Source of the DNA: the human T2T-CHM13v2.0 reference genome, Homo sapiens
Length of the DNA: 64,000 nt
Reading direction: 5' to 3' (one strand)
Assembly (NCBI RefSeq): GCF_009914755.1
Contig: NC_060947.1
Part shown: in pieces, positions 49,713-62,762 of the stretch
Numbering within the stretch: the first letter of the stretch is position 1
How the letters are laid out: the number at the start of each line of letters is the position of its first letter
Program-made: the position numbers and the translations under genes
The notes under the pieces: model-generated
Seen by the model: the letters and a program-made list of their open reading frames with translations, nothing else
Told to the model about the DNA's origin: nothing
Databases searched by the model: none

Positions 49713-50199
49713 TGGTAGTATTTAAGCATCCTTCCTTCTGCTTCAAATGATTCAGCTAATCCAATCACACCATTTCTATTTTCCTTGCTAGTGATTGGTT
49801 CAGGAATGAATATACAACCCAATCCTAGCCAATGAGATATAAGGGGAAATCTACCTAGGCACCTCTAGGAAAGATTTCCTTCCTCCTAGGGAGACAAAGA
49901 GAGAGTTTCTGTCTTCCTCTAGGTGATGTTAACACCTAGAAGTGACATTTGGCATAGATGTATTCATCTCCAACCACCAGGGGAACCAACCTTAAAAAGA
50001 AGTTTTGCTAAGGATGGTGGAAAAAAGAGACGGAAAGATTCTAGTTCCCTGATGATATTGTTGAACCACTGATTTTGTCATGCTTGAGCCCACTCTACCC
50101 CTGGAATTCTGTTATTTGAGATAGTAATTTTCTAATTGGTTAGGCTGGTTTGAGTCATGGTTTCTCTTACTCGCAGCTAAAACCGTCCTAATGGACACA
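49713..50199 (+). mobile_element. MLT1 (I/J/K-like) MaLR LTR inserted in a MIR
   Basis: agtgattggttcaggaatg...caacccaatcctagccaatgaga, ttccctgatgatattgttgaaccactg, end cttactcgcagctaaaaccgtcctaatggacaca. Confidence 0.75.
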
Positions 50200-51466
50200 A
50201 GTACCTATTTCACACAGATCTTAAAATAAAAAAGATAATCCATGTAAAGGGCATAGCACTCAATACCTATTATCTTTAAGTACCTAGAAATTAAAAACTG
50301 TTTGCAGGTTTATTTACTACCCAAATGGTTTCTCTTGTGACTCTTTTTTAGAGAAGGGACAAAGTAGCAAATGTACATCTCTCTACACATCCTCATAGTT
50401 TATATCTTGCTGGGGTTGAGGTGGAGAGAGAGAAAAAGCATGAGTCTTTGTCTTGTCCTAGAACAATCAAGAGTTGATGTCCCTCTGAGGAACTGGATGG
50501 GTTGAACGCAAATTTTCTGTTTTGACACACCAGTTACATCAGTAAAGAGTGACTAAAGAAAGAAAGGAATTAGCAAGTCCTTTGCAATCTAGAAACCTCC
50601 CAATCAGGATGCCATGCACCTCTAAGAATCTCTAGAGTTTTCAAAACAGGCCTCCCATAGAGGGATTCACAAAAACTGGAATGTTTCCTCCGTGAGAAGA
50701 CAGAGCTGAGGCCAGAACACAGCTCGTTCTCCAGTATTCCCCATCTCTGAAAATGGCACCACTATCCATTCAGAAGCAAAGCATCATCTTTGACACTTTC
50801 CTGTCTCCTTCTCTGCCCTCATATACAGTACAACCCCAAGTCCTGTTAGGAGGACTCAATGAACTAATAATGCCTAAAAGTAAGCATTCAGTAGATGCCT
50901 GGTACATATTAAGTGCTCAATAAGTGGTAGCTGCTATCATTATCATGCAACATACCAGCCTCAGGATGGGCACCAAGCTATTCCCTTGGTTCCCTCAAAC
51001 ATATTAGTACGAGCTGACTTTTTCACAAGGAAAATGAACAAAGAGAAGAAGGAAATACTATAATTTACAAAACCACAGGCAGCATAAAAACAATCTGTCA
51101 GGATCAATTCCAGTTTAATCCTAGTGAAAAAACTAATAAACTTGGAGGACCCTCAAACAGTGTCTCTTGAAGGGATGGCACACTCACTCCTGATGACCTG
51201 ACACAATCCTAGCGGCACTTTTGTCTGGTGTCTTCTCCACAACTCTCTGCCTGTCTTACCATGTGGTCTCCCTAACCCAGGAGCTTGGACTCTTGTCTCA
51301 TTCTAGTACAAGTGTCAACTTCCCAACCCTTCCATTTACAACACACCAGTAGCTCTAGTCAGTGACACACAGCTAGTTCATAGCTGATAGGTAGAGTCAC
51401 AATGAGTGAAGCATTTGCACCCCCTAGCAGGAGGAGGCCTTTAGAAGTCCATGATGGCAGCCCTGC

Positions 51467-51904
51467 TGTTGTAGATGATGTTGGGCCAGCTCCCCTTTTC
51501 CAGCTATCCCATTTCTACCCATCTCCCAGCTGTGAGTGCTGTGGTTAACAGCAAGGCTTCCTTGGATACTTGCCCTGGGCTGATGGGAGCCACCTAATTC
51601 AGAGTTGCATGGGAGGTTATACTTCCCCCTCACCAGCAGGAAGGACAGTCAGTGACCGATATGGGAATACATAAGTCCAACCTCTCACTCAAGATGGGAT
51701 AACCCTGTGATGTGATTTATGCTCCAGAGCCCCCACATCCACTCTGAAACAGGTCAAAACTAGACATTGCCTTTCTTGCCCCCTACCTCTTCCCTATCCT
51801 GCTTTCCTGCCTCACAAGCCTTTCCAGAAGGGCATGCCCCCAATAAGTCACACGCCCTGAATCCCTGCTTCAGGCTCCACTTCTCATGTACCCAACCTAA
51901 GACA
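51467..51904 (+). mobile_element. LTR16-like ERVL LTR
   Basis: atttatgctccagagcccc; end aataagtcac...tgaatccctgcttcaggctc...cccaacctaagaca. Confidence 0.75.
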
Positions 51905-53129
51905 CTCATCCACAGCTGGAACTTGTCTAATTGTTCCAATGTTCCTCCCAAACAGGGGTATCGCTTACAGAAATCCACAGATTCCAGACCTAAAATAGAA
52001 TCTGGTCTTAATCGCATAGTAACCCAGACACACACAAGTTGCAGGCAGAAGAGCAGCCTTTCTTCATACTACTCTGCAGGCTCCTGGATTCTCACAGTTG
52101 GATCAACTGCTCTAGACAAAGGTGCCAAAGCCGGGGTTCTCTCCTGAGGACAGCTGATCACTGGCATGGAGAAAGCAGATTTCTGAGACCACAAAGGAGA
52201 GAAATGTTAGAGACAGTTGGAGCCTCCAGGGCAGGGACAATCACTCCTCAGGCTAGCATCATCTGGGGGCCGCATACACATCTGGTAAATTGATGTTGAC
52301 CTAAGTAGTGAAGAGCTGGCAGAATGAAGAGAAATAAGATTTGATTCAGCAGAAATGGGCCATTCATCCACTTCAGTTCAAACTTTCTTAGTTCCCAACA
52401 TCCCTATGGTCTTGTCAGGACAAACCATGACCATCATCAGTCTCTGCCACCTTCCAGTCATCTGACAATCTGCACCTCTCACTCAATGGAACATTATGCA
52501 AATTTCACATTCAACAATGGTCTGTTGGTGCTGTAATTGACATCCAGATTAGCCCTAAGAAAGGATTTCCTGACATTAGCAGAAAAATGTTCAACATTAC
52601 CTAGAGTGGTTGGTTAATGTCATATTCCAACTAATGAAAATGTGAGCAATTCACCACCCCCACTACTTTTCAAGTGTTAGCGATTTGACTCACAAAATCA
52701 ATCGGGAAAGAAAATGTCATTAAAGAAAAAGTGCCTTCATACCCCCAAATAAATGTTTTCTGAATGCTTTTCTCCCCTGCTCATCATTGGCCATCTGTCT
52801 GCGTAATGTTTGCTATTTAAGAATGTTCCTCCTCTAGGTCTCTGATGGCTCTGCTTTGCTGCTTTCTCCATCCCTCCTTTTTCAGCAGCCAGTCCTGCAT
52901 GGCACTAAGAATGATTCCAGTAAGAGGAATTTAGGTGAAACCTAAGGAATGATTTTCTGGCTTTGAAAGATGTGAGACACTGGAAAAAAAAATAGTGGAG
53001 AGAAGTAGTGGAATCTCCATGGGAATGACCTTGGAGAACACTGACCCTCACAGAATCATAGATTCATGGAGTCTCAGGGCTGCAATGAATTTAGGGGCTT
53101 GCAGTCTCACCTCTGATTCAGAGCCTCAA

Positions 53130-53580
53130 GCCTTCTCTGCAGTATTTCTACCAAGTGCTCAGCTTGACCCAGTTTGCACACCACCAGCTTACCCTCTCTC
53201 AAGGCAGGCAGTTGGTTTTATGACAGGATAGCTTGAACTCTGAGAAAGTTCCAAATCTGTCTCCCTATATCTACCACCTCTTATCTCAGTCCCCAGGGGC
53301 CATATAGACCATGCCTGTCACTGTGTCCTTTAGAGGTCTGAAGTCACATCCTGAGGCCAAATAGCCCCACTTCTTCCAACTATTTCTCATGGGACTTGGG
53401 CTCCCTGTCCCTTCTTAACCTCCTCATTCCCCTGTAGAGATGTACCCGTGTGCCCTTAATGTATGGGGCCTCTAGGCTGGATACGTGTTCCAGACAGCAG
53501 AGAAGAGCAAAGCTGTTACATACTTGACTTGGTCTCTTTATCTCTATTGATACATCCCAAGTTCATGATGGCTTTCAGGA
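53130..53580 (-). mobile_element. L3/CR1 fragment
   Basis: aatagccccacttcttccaactatttctcatggga, cccttaatgtatggggcc. Confidence 0.6.
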
Positions 53581-53664
53581 TAGCATTTCTGCTCAGTGTT
53601 TCCTCTCTTTCCTTAGAAGGGATTTATATTGCTGGAGAGGTCAGCCCATTGCATTAGGATCTGT

Positions 53665-53835
53665 GCCTGGCGTGGTAGTTGTGTGACCCTGGGTAAGTGA
53701 GTCCAGCTGTCTGAACCTGTTTCCTCATCTGCGAAATAAGGATTATAAGAGTACCTACCTCATATGGTTGTCATGGGAAGTAAATGAGATAATGGATGGA
53801 AAATACATGACACATGGCAAAAGCTCAGTATACAT
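53665..53835 (+). mobile_element. MIR
   Basis: gtgtgaccctgggtaagt...tttcctcatctgcgaaataaggattata. Confidence 0.8.
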
Positions 53836-53944
53836 TAGCTCTCTTTCCCTTTCCTTTCCTTATTTCTTGGCCCTAGGGCCTGGCTGACAGCTGGGGGCAT
53901 CTCTAGGCCTGTGTGTGAAGGAAAAGCCGACGGGTGGAGTAACA

Positions 53945-54065
53945 GGACCGTAACCAGATGGCCCAGATTTCCGAGGACAAGCCTAATTTTAAGTATTCTG
54001 TTCTGTGATCAGATCATGTATTAGACAATCTGGCCCGATATTTTAGCTTGAAAAATATGGTCACT
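53945..54065. mobile_element. MER94-like hAT MITE
   Basis: Termini gtaaccagatg / aatatggtcact. Confidence 0.55.
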
Positions 54066-54589
54066 AGAATTGATGATGACATAGCGTGAATGCCCTAGCA
54101 TAGACCAGCAGGCAAAAGATGGCAGAGCTTGGGTCCTAGTCAGGTAGCAGTGTGCTCACCCCGTGTGGTAAAATCAGGCAGTGATCCTATAAAGAGAACA
54201 GGTGGCAGGAATAGAAAATCAAGGCCTTCTCTCTAGTTCTAGGACCCAGCTTGGGCCCCTTCTTCACATATCTGTTCCCTGCTCTAGGGTGGGCTAGGCA
54301 TGGACTGAGAGGGGCAGGACAATGCCATATGGAGGGAAAGCTGCCTACCCTTAGGTGGGACCCTGGGCCGAAAGTCAGTGGAGAGGGGAGCTTGCCCAGA
54401 TACTTCCTCCAACTGCCTCTGAGCACTCTGCTCCTTCCTGCTCTCCTTTTCCTTTTCTCCTCTTGGATCACCTCCCTCTGCTTTCTATGTGTCTGTTTCT
54501 AGGTCTCACTAGTCTTTTGAACTCTGTGGCAAATTCTAGGTAGATCTCTGGGCAGTTTTCATGTATACTGCCCAAGGAAGGTCTTTCAA

Positions 54590-54775
54590 CAAAAGAGCTG
54601 GAGTCTGGGAACCAAGGGGAGGATCCAGGCTGGGACTAGTCCCTGCTTGGTCACAAATTTGCTGTGTGACCTCAGGCAAATCACATCTTCTCTGAGTCTC
54701 TGTCCCCATCAGCAAGGTTTGGACTAGGTGACCTCTAAAGGTCCTTCCATCTAAAAAGTTCCACGATTTCAGTAT
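54590..54775 (+). mobile_element. MIR3-like
   Basis: tgtgtgacctcaggcaaatcac...ttggactaggtgacctctaaaggtccttcca. Confidence 0.75.
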
Positions 54776-57289
54776 GTGTGTGTTGATGCATCCCACGGAA
54801 TCTCTGTACATCTTTGTTTTTCTTCAAACTGTCAGCCTATTTCTCTGTCTTTTGTCCCTCTCTCTTTCTCCCCCCTTCCCTTCTTCCCTCCCTTTCTGCA
54901 GTTCCCTCTTCCTCTTAGACTCTGTCAAGCTCCCCGACCTCTTTCTTCCTCTGAGATGTTCTGTGCTGCCTTTCACCATTGCTCCAATGCTGTTCTTCAG
55001 TAAGCACTTATTTATCCCAGCTCTGGGCACCCCTCTGCCACAGGGGTCCCATATGCACTCAGGGTACCAATCTGGCCAACTTAGGGCCTGAGAAAGGGGG
55101 ACTGGGCAGCCGTAATAATTAACGCCTAGGCTGCCTACCATGGTCCTCTGCTGCCACCTGTCGTTAGTCCGGAGTGACACTGCTCTGGGGGCTGCTGAGC
55201 CCACAGGGGCCACTACCGCTGCTCTGGCCGACAGGAATCCATTACATGCAGTGTCCTGCCAGGCCTGATTTAAAGCTCATCCTGTAATCCGTCTTGCGCC
55301 CCCTCTGGGCCTGTCTCCGGTTTCCTAGCCTGTGAAATGGATGGAAGTTGTCTTCAGCTCTGGCAGAGAGAGGTGAGGAGTAGAGGCTCTAGGGACACCT
55401 GGCTTTGCAGCCTGCCCCTGTGCTTGTCCTGGTGGGTGACCTGGGGTGAATCCTTCCCCATCCCCTTCTTTGCAGCCTGCAGTATTGAAATGGATGATGT
55501 GGGAAGACATGGTTGAGAGAAAAGGGGCAAGATGGATTCCTGTCTTTCACACAAGCAGTACAATGCTGAGAAACTGGAAATGGACATACCCACTGCATCT
55601 ACAAACCTTTGGCCAGGTCACAACTCCATCTTAGCAGCCAAGCCTTTCTATTCATTCACCCATTCACTTATTACTCACCCATTCATTCCACCAAGCAGCC
55701 TGGGGCTGTGGGAAAAAGCACTCAGCGGGAAATCAGAAGCCCAACCTTCTCGGCTCAGCTCAGCCACGGCTCTCCAACCTGGGCCAAGCCCGTATCTTTC
55801 TCTGAGCCTCCATTCCCTCCTCTGTAACATGAAGGGGTTGGGACAGACCAGGAGAAGTCTAAATTCCCTCCCTCATTCTGCCATTCTAAAGTGATGATTC
55901 TCCAATTGCAGGTGCCTTGCTAAGCACACTGGGTGATGAACAATTACAGATCCCCACTCAGAGGCCAGGGAAAACCTGCCTCATAGCCCCCAGACACCCT
56001 CCACTCACCTCCTAGACCTCTGGCTGGCCTTTTCAAAGCCCACCAATGAGCAGGCCCTTGCTAAGTTCCTCCTTTCTTCCCCCGGGGCACTGTTCTGGTG
56101 CCAACTGTCAGGTCATATGACAAGCACAGATGTCTAGACGTCATCTAGCCCTGGCCACTTGGGTTCATGAAAATCAGCAATTCCTGGCACTGAAAAGTCC
56201 TTAAGACTTCCTCCTGGCGATGCCAGCCCCAGCATCCCCAGAGACTTGAACTGGGGCCAGGATGAGCGGGCTGGAGCTGGTTGGCATCAGACTCAGAGTC
56301 CCAAACTCCTCCCTCGCCAGGTTTTAAAGCCACTGAGAACCCTGCTGCACAGCCATTGACATCTGAAAGGTTGCAAAGAAGCCTAGCTTGGGGACTGGTG
56401 GCTTCCTGGCCCAAGCTCTGCTCCCAGAAATACTCAGCTGAAGCCAGGGTCCCAGGCCAGCTGCATCATCTCAGCCTGGCTACACTGCCATCGGCAAGGT
56501 GCCATGCACAGAATTGCAGCCAGGTAGTGGCCTCCCAAAAGGAGCTGGCTGGTGGTGTCTGGGAGCTGTTCCTCATCTCCCCATCCCTGCAAACCGCCCC
56601 CAGACCTCAGCCTTTCATGAGGGAGGTCCTGCCCACATCTGCTGCTGGCCGTCACATCTGCAATGGATTACAAGGCTGGCCCAGGCTCAGGCCCATCCCA
56701 GATGTGGATTCCCCTGGAATGTGCCTTCTCTCTAATTGTCCAGCCTCTGAAGGGTCCGAGACCCCCTCCTCTTCGTCCACCCCTGCTGCACCCCAGTGAG
56801 CATGCTGAGGCCTTCCTCCTTTCCCACAGCTTGTGCCGGAACAGCCACAGCCGGGACCAGGGCCAGCCCAGTCGGGGGCTGCACTCTCCTCCAGCCTGGT
56901 CCATGGGGCTGGGGAGCGGGAGGTCTCAGCCCATCCCCCTCTTTTTTCCTGGGGCCAGGCACTGCAGGGCAGAGGGAGAATCTCTGGAAAACTCACTAGA
57001 GGTGAAAGAATTTGGCTCTGAAGTGCAGGCTCCCCTAATCCCTGGCCCTTCCTGGGAATGCCATTAACCTCCCTAGCCCCACTGATGGAAAGAACAGGTC
57101 TTCATTGGGCCAGGCCAGCTCCTCAAAGGCTCCTAAATGACAGCTTGGCTGGGCAAAGTGGCTCTTCTGGGTCCCAACCAGCATCCTCATGCCCCGGTGG
57201 GTTGCAACAGCCTCCCAAGTGGTGGCATGGGCCCCAGTCTCTCTCCTTTAACACGATCTCTCACAGGGCCTCCAGAGAAATTTTTAAGA

Positions 57290-58150
57290 CACAAATCTTA
57301 GCTCGAACTTTGGCTTTGAAACCTAGCTCTGCCAAACTGTCTGTGTGGTTCTGGGCAACTGGTTTCACCTCTCTGAGCCTCAAAATCCTCCTACACAAAA
57401 TGAAGACACGACTGTCATTATTCCTGGCTGAGATTTATTGAGCGCTTACTGCCAGCCAGGTTCTGTTTTAAGCACTTTACATGTCTTACCTCAGAAAAAC
57501 CCTATGAGAAAGGTGCTATTATTGCCTCCATTTTACAGATGATAAAACTGAGCTGTTGAAAAGTTGCATATCATGCCCAAGGTCACTCAACTAGTAAATG
57601 GCTGAGCCAGGATTGAACCCAGGCTGACTGACACTTGAGCGTGTACACAAGAAGGATTTCATTAATAGAACCTAATATAATCTGTATTATTATTAAAAGC
57701 AGTAATCTGATTATCCCCCTGCTTAAAAGCCAGTCGCTCCCCAATACTTACAATATAAAGTTCAAATTCCCTAGCCTGGTCTTTAAGGTCCTTTAAAATT
57801 TAGTTCTGATCCAATTGTTTTGCCTTTGCTCATAGACCCCTTTACTCCAGCTATTTCAGAGCACATTTACCATTTCATCTAATTTGCATGCAATACCCCT
57901 GTGGCTGTGTGCACTGTGATTCTCTCTGCCTGGAATCCCTTTGCCCTGTACACCTGCAGCTCTCCTACTCATTCTTCAGGACTCAAGACAACTGTCAGCA
58001 CCCCTGTGAAGCCTTTCCAGATAGCTGATTCCTCCTTGGTACACTTGTAACATTTTGCCCATGTATCTATTATCATACTTTTTACACTGTATTCTAAGGG
58101 CCAAGTCTCCTCCTCTCTCTGGAGCATCAGTTACCCTGGTGGGTGAATGA
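57290..58150. mobile_element. MIR(+), MIR(-) and L2(+) fragments
   Basis: cacctctctgagcctc; ccattttacagatgataaaactgag; ctctgcctggaatccc. Confidence 0.72.
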
Positions 58151-59185
58151 GTGGATGGTTTCTAAAGGCCCTTTCAGATTTGCCTTACCATGGCCTTGAG
58201 GTCAGTGTCTGAGTGAGCTCTGGGCTGGCTTTGGTCCCAGCCAACAGCTTGGGAAGATGTACAGAGAAGCAGAAAAGAGACGACTTGGGAAGGCGGGGTG
58301 AGACCCTGAGTCCTGCCACCACTTCTCCCTTTCTTCCTGCCAAACCTCTTTCCTCACCTTCCAAACCCCCCTGAAAAAATCCACTTCCTCCAAACAGCTT
58401 ATCCTGCCCCTCCAGTAGTACCAGAAGTGGCTCATCCATTCCACAGCACTCCAACCCAGGCACAACCGCCTCCACTATACCTCCCCTAGGACAGATCTGC
58501 TCCTGTAGTTTGTTCTTTAGCTTAGGGGTGTCCCAGCCAGGGATCTTGGCTCATACATCTGTTTATCTGTAAGTCTGTCCATACTTTCTTTAGAATTGGT
58601 GTCCTTCATTTGGAGGACCTGTGTTCAGAGAACTGACCCAGGCCAGAAGGCCCAGGTGAGAGCCCAAACCAGGTCTCAGGGTTACAGAGTTCTTCTTTCT
58701 CCCAGGCATGAGCCAGAGAGAGAGAGACAGGGTACATCAGAGCTGGAGGCCCTTTAGGGCTCATCTGGTCCACTGCTGTGCCCCACCTTTCCCCCAGTGG
58801 TACAGCTGGGAAATCAGGGCTCAGAGCTAATTAGAGGTTCTCCAGCTAATCAGAGGCAGAGTGGAGAGTAGAGCTCTCTCCACCGCACCACCAAATCCTC
58901 AGGTCCTTTAACCCCTTACCTCAGGGTGACACCCTGAGCTGCTTTGGTTGGAGTCAGGGAGAGGGCTAAGAATTCTCAGTTCAGTCACGTCTCTCTGGGC
59001 CCCCTTCAAATGTCTTTCTTCCAGGAAGCCTTCCCAAATTATCCGCACTCCCATTTCATTCTGCCCACCTCGCTGCTGCCCATCTTCTCAGCACACTGAT
59101 GTCCCTGCTCTCCCCTCTTCCACATGGTATGGGATGTGTCCTTCCTGTGGTCTCTGTACCATCTCCACTCCTAAAATAACTGAAG

Positions 59186-59356
59186 GACTGAGAGACAGAT
59201 TTACTGACTTAGTGATTGCCTAGCTGGCATGGCTGGTTGAGAGCAGTGGACTGTCTGGCTGTCTGACTGAATGACACTGTCCTGCTGGCCACTAGAGACT
59301 GATGGTTGATGGACAGGCTGACTGACAGACAGATGAGCTGACAGACTGACCAACTC
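59186..59356. repeat. Degenerate (GACT/GACA/GGCT)n tetranucleotide repeat
   Basis: ggctgactgacagacagatgagctgacagactgacc periodicity. Confidence 0.65.
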
Positions 59357-60574
59357 TAGGAAGACCCCAGAGGGTCCAAGAACACAGCACACCAAACAGA
59401 GGGGCAACACATAATGAGAGTCCCTCAGCAAGGCTTTTGTCAGGACACCTCCAGCAGCCTGTCACCAATGAGGAGGGGAGGGAGGTAGTGGAGGGATAGG
59501 GTGGCAGAGGAGCTAATGAAAACCAGATGTGCTGCTGGTCTGCCTCAGTGAGGGGACCAAGGTGAGGACTTGACCTGGCTCCTGGCACTAGGACCTTCTT
59601 GGTGGGCACTTTGCAGAAAAGCAGGAAAAAACCCAGGGGGTTGGGTGTCGGGGGCACTTTCCCTTTAGCATGCAGAACTGCATCTGGGCCTTCAGGAAGA
59701 GGAGCCTCATACTTTTCCCTGTCATATCCTCCATCCAGTTGACATTTTAAAATAATAGACTCAGTCTGGCTTTTTACAAAGGAACAGGGCCCCCAGTAGG
59801 CTCACAGGATTTTGAGCTGGTTCCTATTAAGTTCTTTGCAATTGGAAGGCACTCCATTTCTCAGGCAAACCCTCAACCTTTTGCTGACAGGTGGAATTGT
59901 GTTTGGGGGCTGCTTTCTCATGCTTTTCAGGGTTGGTCATTTCATCCCTTCTGTGTCTGTCACTGTACTCCTGGGAGGGGACGTGCCTTCCCTAAAGAGA
60001 TCCATTTGCCCACAGGAAAGAAGGCTCACGCTCCTGCGGGTGAAGGTATTGGGTGAGTCTCTGGGAAGTCCATTCCCTTCCACAGTCTTACAAAGAAGAA
60101 CAGGCTGGGGCTGAGAGAGAGGACCCTGGAATCTGAGAGTGCAAAAAAGGGAGGAAATCCTGCTTCCAGACTGCTGGGTCCATGGTCAGTCACACATAAT
60201 TGCAGTCATAACGAACACATTTGAAGCTCACAGGCCTGTGCAAAACAATGTGATTAATAAGGGAAGACATAAAGCAAATGAGCACCCCAGACAAGCAAAT
60301 TGTTTTCAGGGCCATGAAGCCAACCAGAGGCTAGGCTGCCCTGTTGGCCACCTCACTCCCCACCCCATGCCTGACCCACCAACTTCTGGTCTTTCCCATT
60401 TATCTCTCCCTGGCAAGCACAAGCTGTTACCCACAGTCTAGGCAGAGGGAGGGGCAACAAGGGAGGGGACAAGGCCATAAGCAGTTTTCAGTGATGGACA
60501 AAGGAAAGGGCCTGACCTTGGAATTAAGGGAGTTCTAGTCCTAGCCTTTCTGTGGTGGTGGTGGGTTAACAGGG

Positions 60575-60940
60575 AACACATTTCAGTTCAACGTGAGGAA
60601 GAACTTTCTGAAAGTTTGAACTGCCTAAAGGGAAAATGGTGAATTCCTGCACTAGTGGTGAGCTAACAGAGCTTGGTCGTTAGCTCACCCATTGGGATGT
60701 TATTGGAAGAGCTCAGGCATAAAATAGGGAAGTATGAGAAGCTTCCTTCCCACATTGTGGCTCTATGGCTCTGTGACCTTAGGCAAAGCACCTGAATGGT
60801 CTGAATCTTGAATTCCTCATCTGGAAAGAGAGATGGAGAGCATTTCTGAGAATAATGGAAAGCTCAGTTCTACCTTCGTCACAATGGTGTTGAAGGTCTG
60901 AAATGGATACTGTGAATACAAGCACTATGAGAAGGACTAG
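60575..60940 (+). mobile_element. L3 fragment followed by MIR
   Basis: atttcagttcaacgtgaggaagaactttctga; ctgtgaccttaggcaaagc. Confidence 0.6.
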
Positions 60941-61374
60941 AAAGCCATGAGGGATGGTTCGGGGTGGCATTGACTCCCAACCTCAATGGCGTGGCTGGTG
61001 CTGCACTGCTGGGGGAGCAGGCAGCCTCCCAGTGCATCTCTTCTGCATTCCCCAAACTTTCACAGCCCCTAAAGCCCAGCTGAGATCCCACCCCATCACC
61101 TCATCTTGGGTGATTGGCTGTCCCTGACCTTAAGAGCCTTCTGACTGTTCTGCTCTCTGAGCTGCAACAGACAGTGGCATTTGGAGAATTTGCTATTCAG
61201 TTACCTGTGCTGTTTCTCTAATGTCATCTTGAACTGTTCCTAAATCTTTTCATAGTTGCTTGCCTGCCTCCTCATCCAGACTGTATTTAATTCTTCATCA
61301 CACATTTTATTCCAAAAGTATTCAAAGCAGAAGCTACACTCCAAGCTCCATGGGGGACAGGAGTGGATCTTAAG

Positions 61375-61795
61375 CATCTTGGTCAGGGTAGTGTATCACA
61401 CACTGAGAAACAGTACTAGCCTACTTTCACATATTGGAAGCACACAGCTCATGAAATCATCCAGAGGCTTGAGATCTAATTATTGAACAAGAGAGATGAG
61501 GTCCAGCCAAGATGCTACATTAGCAGCAGACTGCTCCATGCTGTCACTAACATTGCCACCTCTGGACACTTGCCCTTGTGCCAGCAGACTCTTGGCTCTG
61601 CTGTAGCCATCACAGATAATCTCTTGCACTGGGGTGGGAGCATCTGATTGGCTGTATTTAGGTCATGTGAATGTGTCTGTAACTGTTAGGGAGCTGAAAG
61701 AACTACCTGTCTCCCTTTGGCTTCTGTACTGCTTCCCACTTATCTTGAGAGTGCCCCTAAACAGGCAAGGTGTTCAGGTACTAGTCAGTCACTAC
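61375..61795 (-). mobile_element. Ancient MLT1 (M/N-like) LTR
   Basis: gggagcatctgattggctg...aggtcatgtg...agggagctg. Confidence 0.55.
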
Positions 61796-61847
61796 TGTCC
61801 TCTCCCACCCAATGTTACAGCAATCACTCAAAGTTGTGTGAGCCTAA

Positions 61848-61968
61848 CCATGCCTAGCTAATTTCTTTAATTTGCCCAGACTGGTCTCGAACTCCTGAGT
61901 TCAAGTTATTTTCCCACCTCAGCCTCCCAAAGTGCTGGGATTATAGGCGTGAGCCACCAAACCTGGCT
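61848..61968 (-). mobile_element. Alu left-arm fragment (AluJ/FLAM)
   Basis: ctggtctcgaactcctgagttcaag...cccaaagtgctgggattataggcgtgagccacc. Confidence 0.85.
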
Positions 61969-62099
61969 AGGACTTCATTGCTTATCCCCCTGTCTCCAAC
62001 TTCACCTCATCCTGTGGCTCTGATGCACTTCCCTATTTTCCAACCTGTGACCTCTTAACAATGAATCCTGACTCCTTCCCAGCAATATCATTACAGACT

Positions 62100-62762
62100 G
62101 CCTTAAATAGCATCCCACTCCACTCCCACCAGACCTAGGGAGCCTCCAACCAAATAACATAACTCCATCCCCATTCATGAATCAGCCTCTCCTGCAGACT
62201 ACTGTCCACGCCCCACTTCCATTACCAGAGCATTACCAGTGCAGCTGGGAGTCCTGCTAGGAAGATGTGTGCTGGGAGAGGGGCTGTGGTGTAGATGGCC
62301 CAACAGTGGCCACTTGACTTCGGTCAGATGTTGCTAGTAAAATGGTAGTCATGGCTCTGTCTCCATTTTTACCTTTATCTGCAGACTTCTTTGCCTTGGG
62401 GGATAGGGCTTGAACTTCCTGGGAATCTATTCCAGAAGGAGAATCTTGATGAAGCTGTACAGAAGTGAGTTCTGCACTGCCCAGCACTCAGCTGCCTCCA
62501 GCCTGAGGTTCCTTCAGATTGGCTGGGAGCTTTCTCTCCATCTAAGGTAAAGCTTAGGGTTCCTGATCCTCATTACTTTTAGTGTAGCTGCCATCCATTC
62601 CACATGCCTCCCCACAGCTACTTCTGCCTCAACAACCAAGACTTGAGTTTGAACCTAAAAGGTAGGCTCAGCTGCCCCAGCTTACCTCTAATCACTTGTG
62701 ATAGTCTCCACTTCAATCTCACAACACCAGGTAATTGTATCACAGGGGTAATTCCAGTGGGT
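62100..62762 (-). mobile_element. Gypsy internal fossil: gag zinc-knuckle remnant and aspartic protease remnant
   Basis: Minus-strand CGEACGMDGSYTKSN..NPKL near 62550-62620; LATSDRSQVATV in ORF 62257-62487 resembles LLDTGSQVTTI; left boundary uncertain. Confidence 0.55.

Noticed and set aside
56145-57441. Overlapping ORFs of up to 172 aa on both strands
   Set aside because: Expected in GC-rich DNA; no recognisable domain or consistent exon structure
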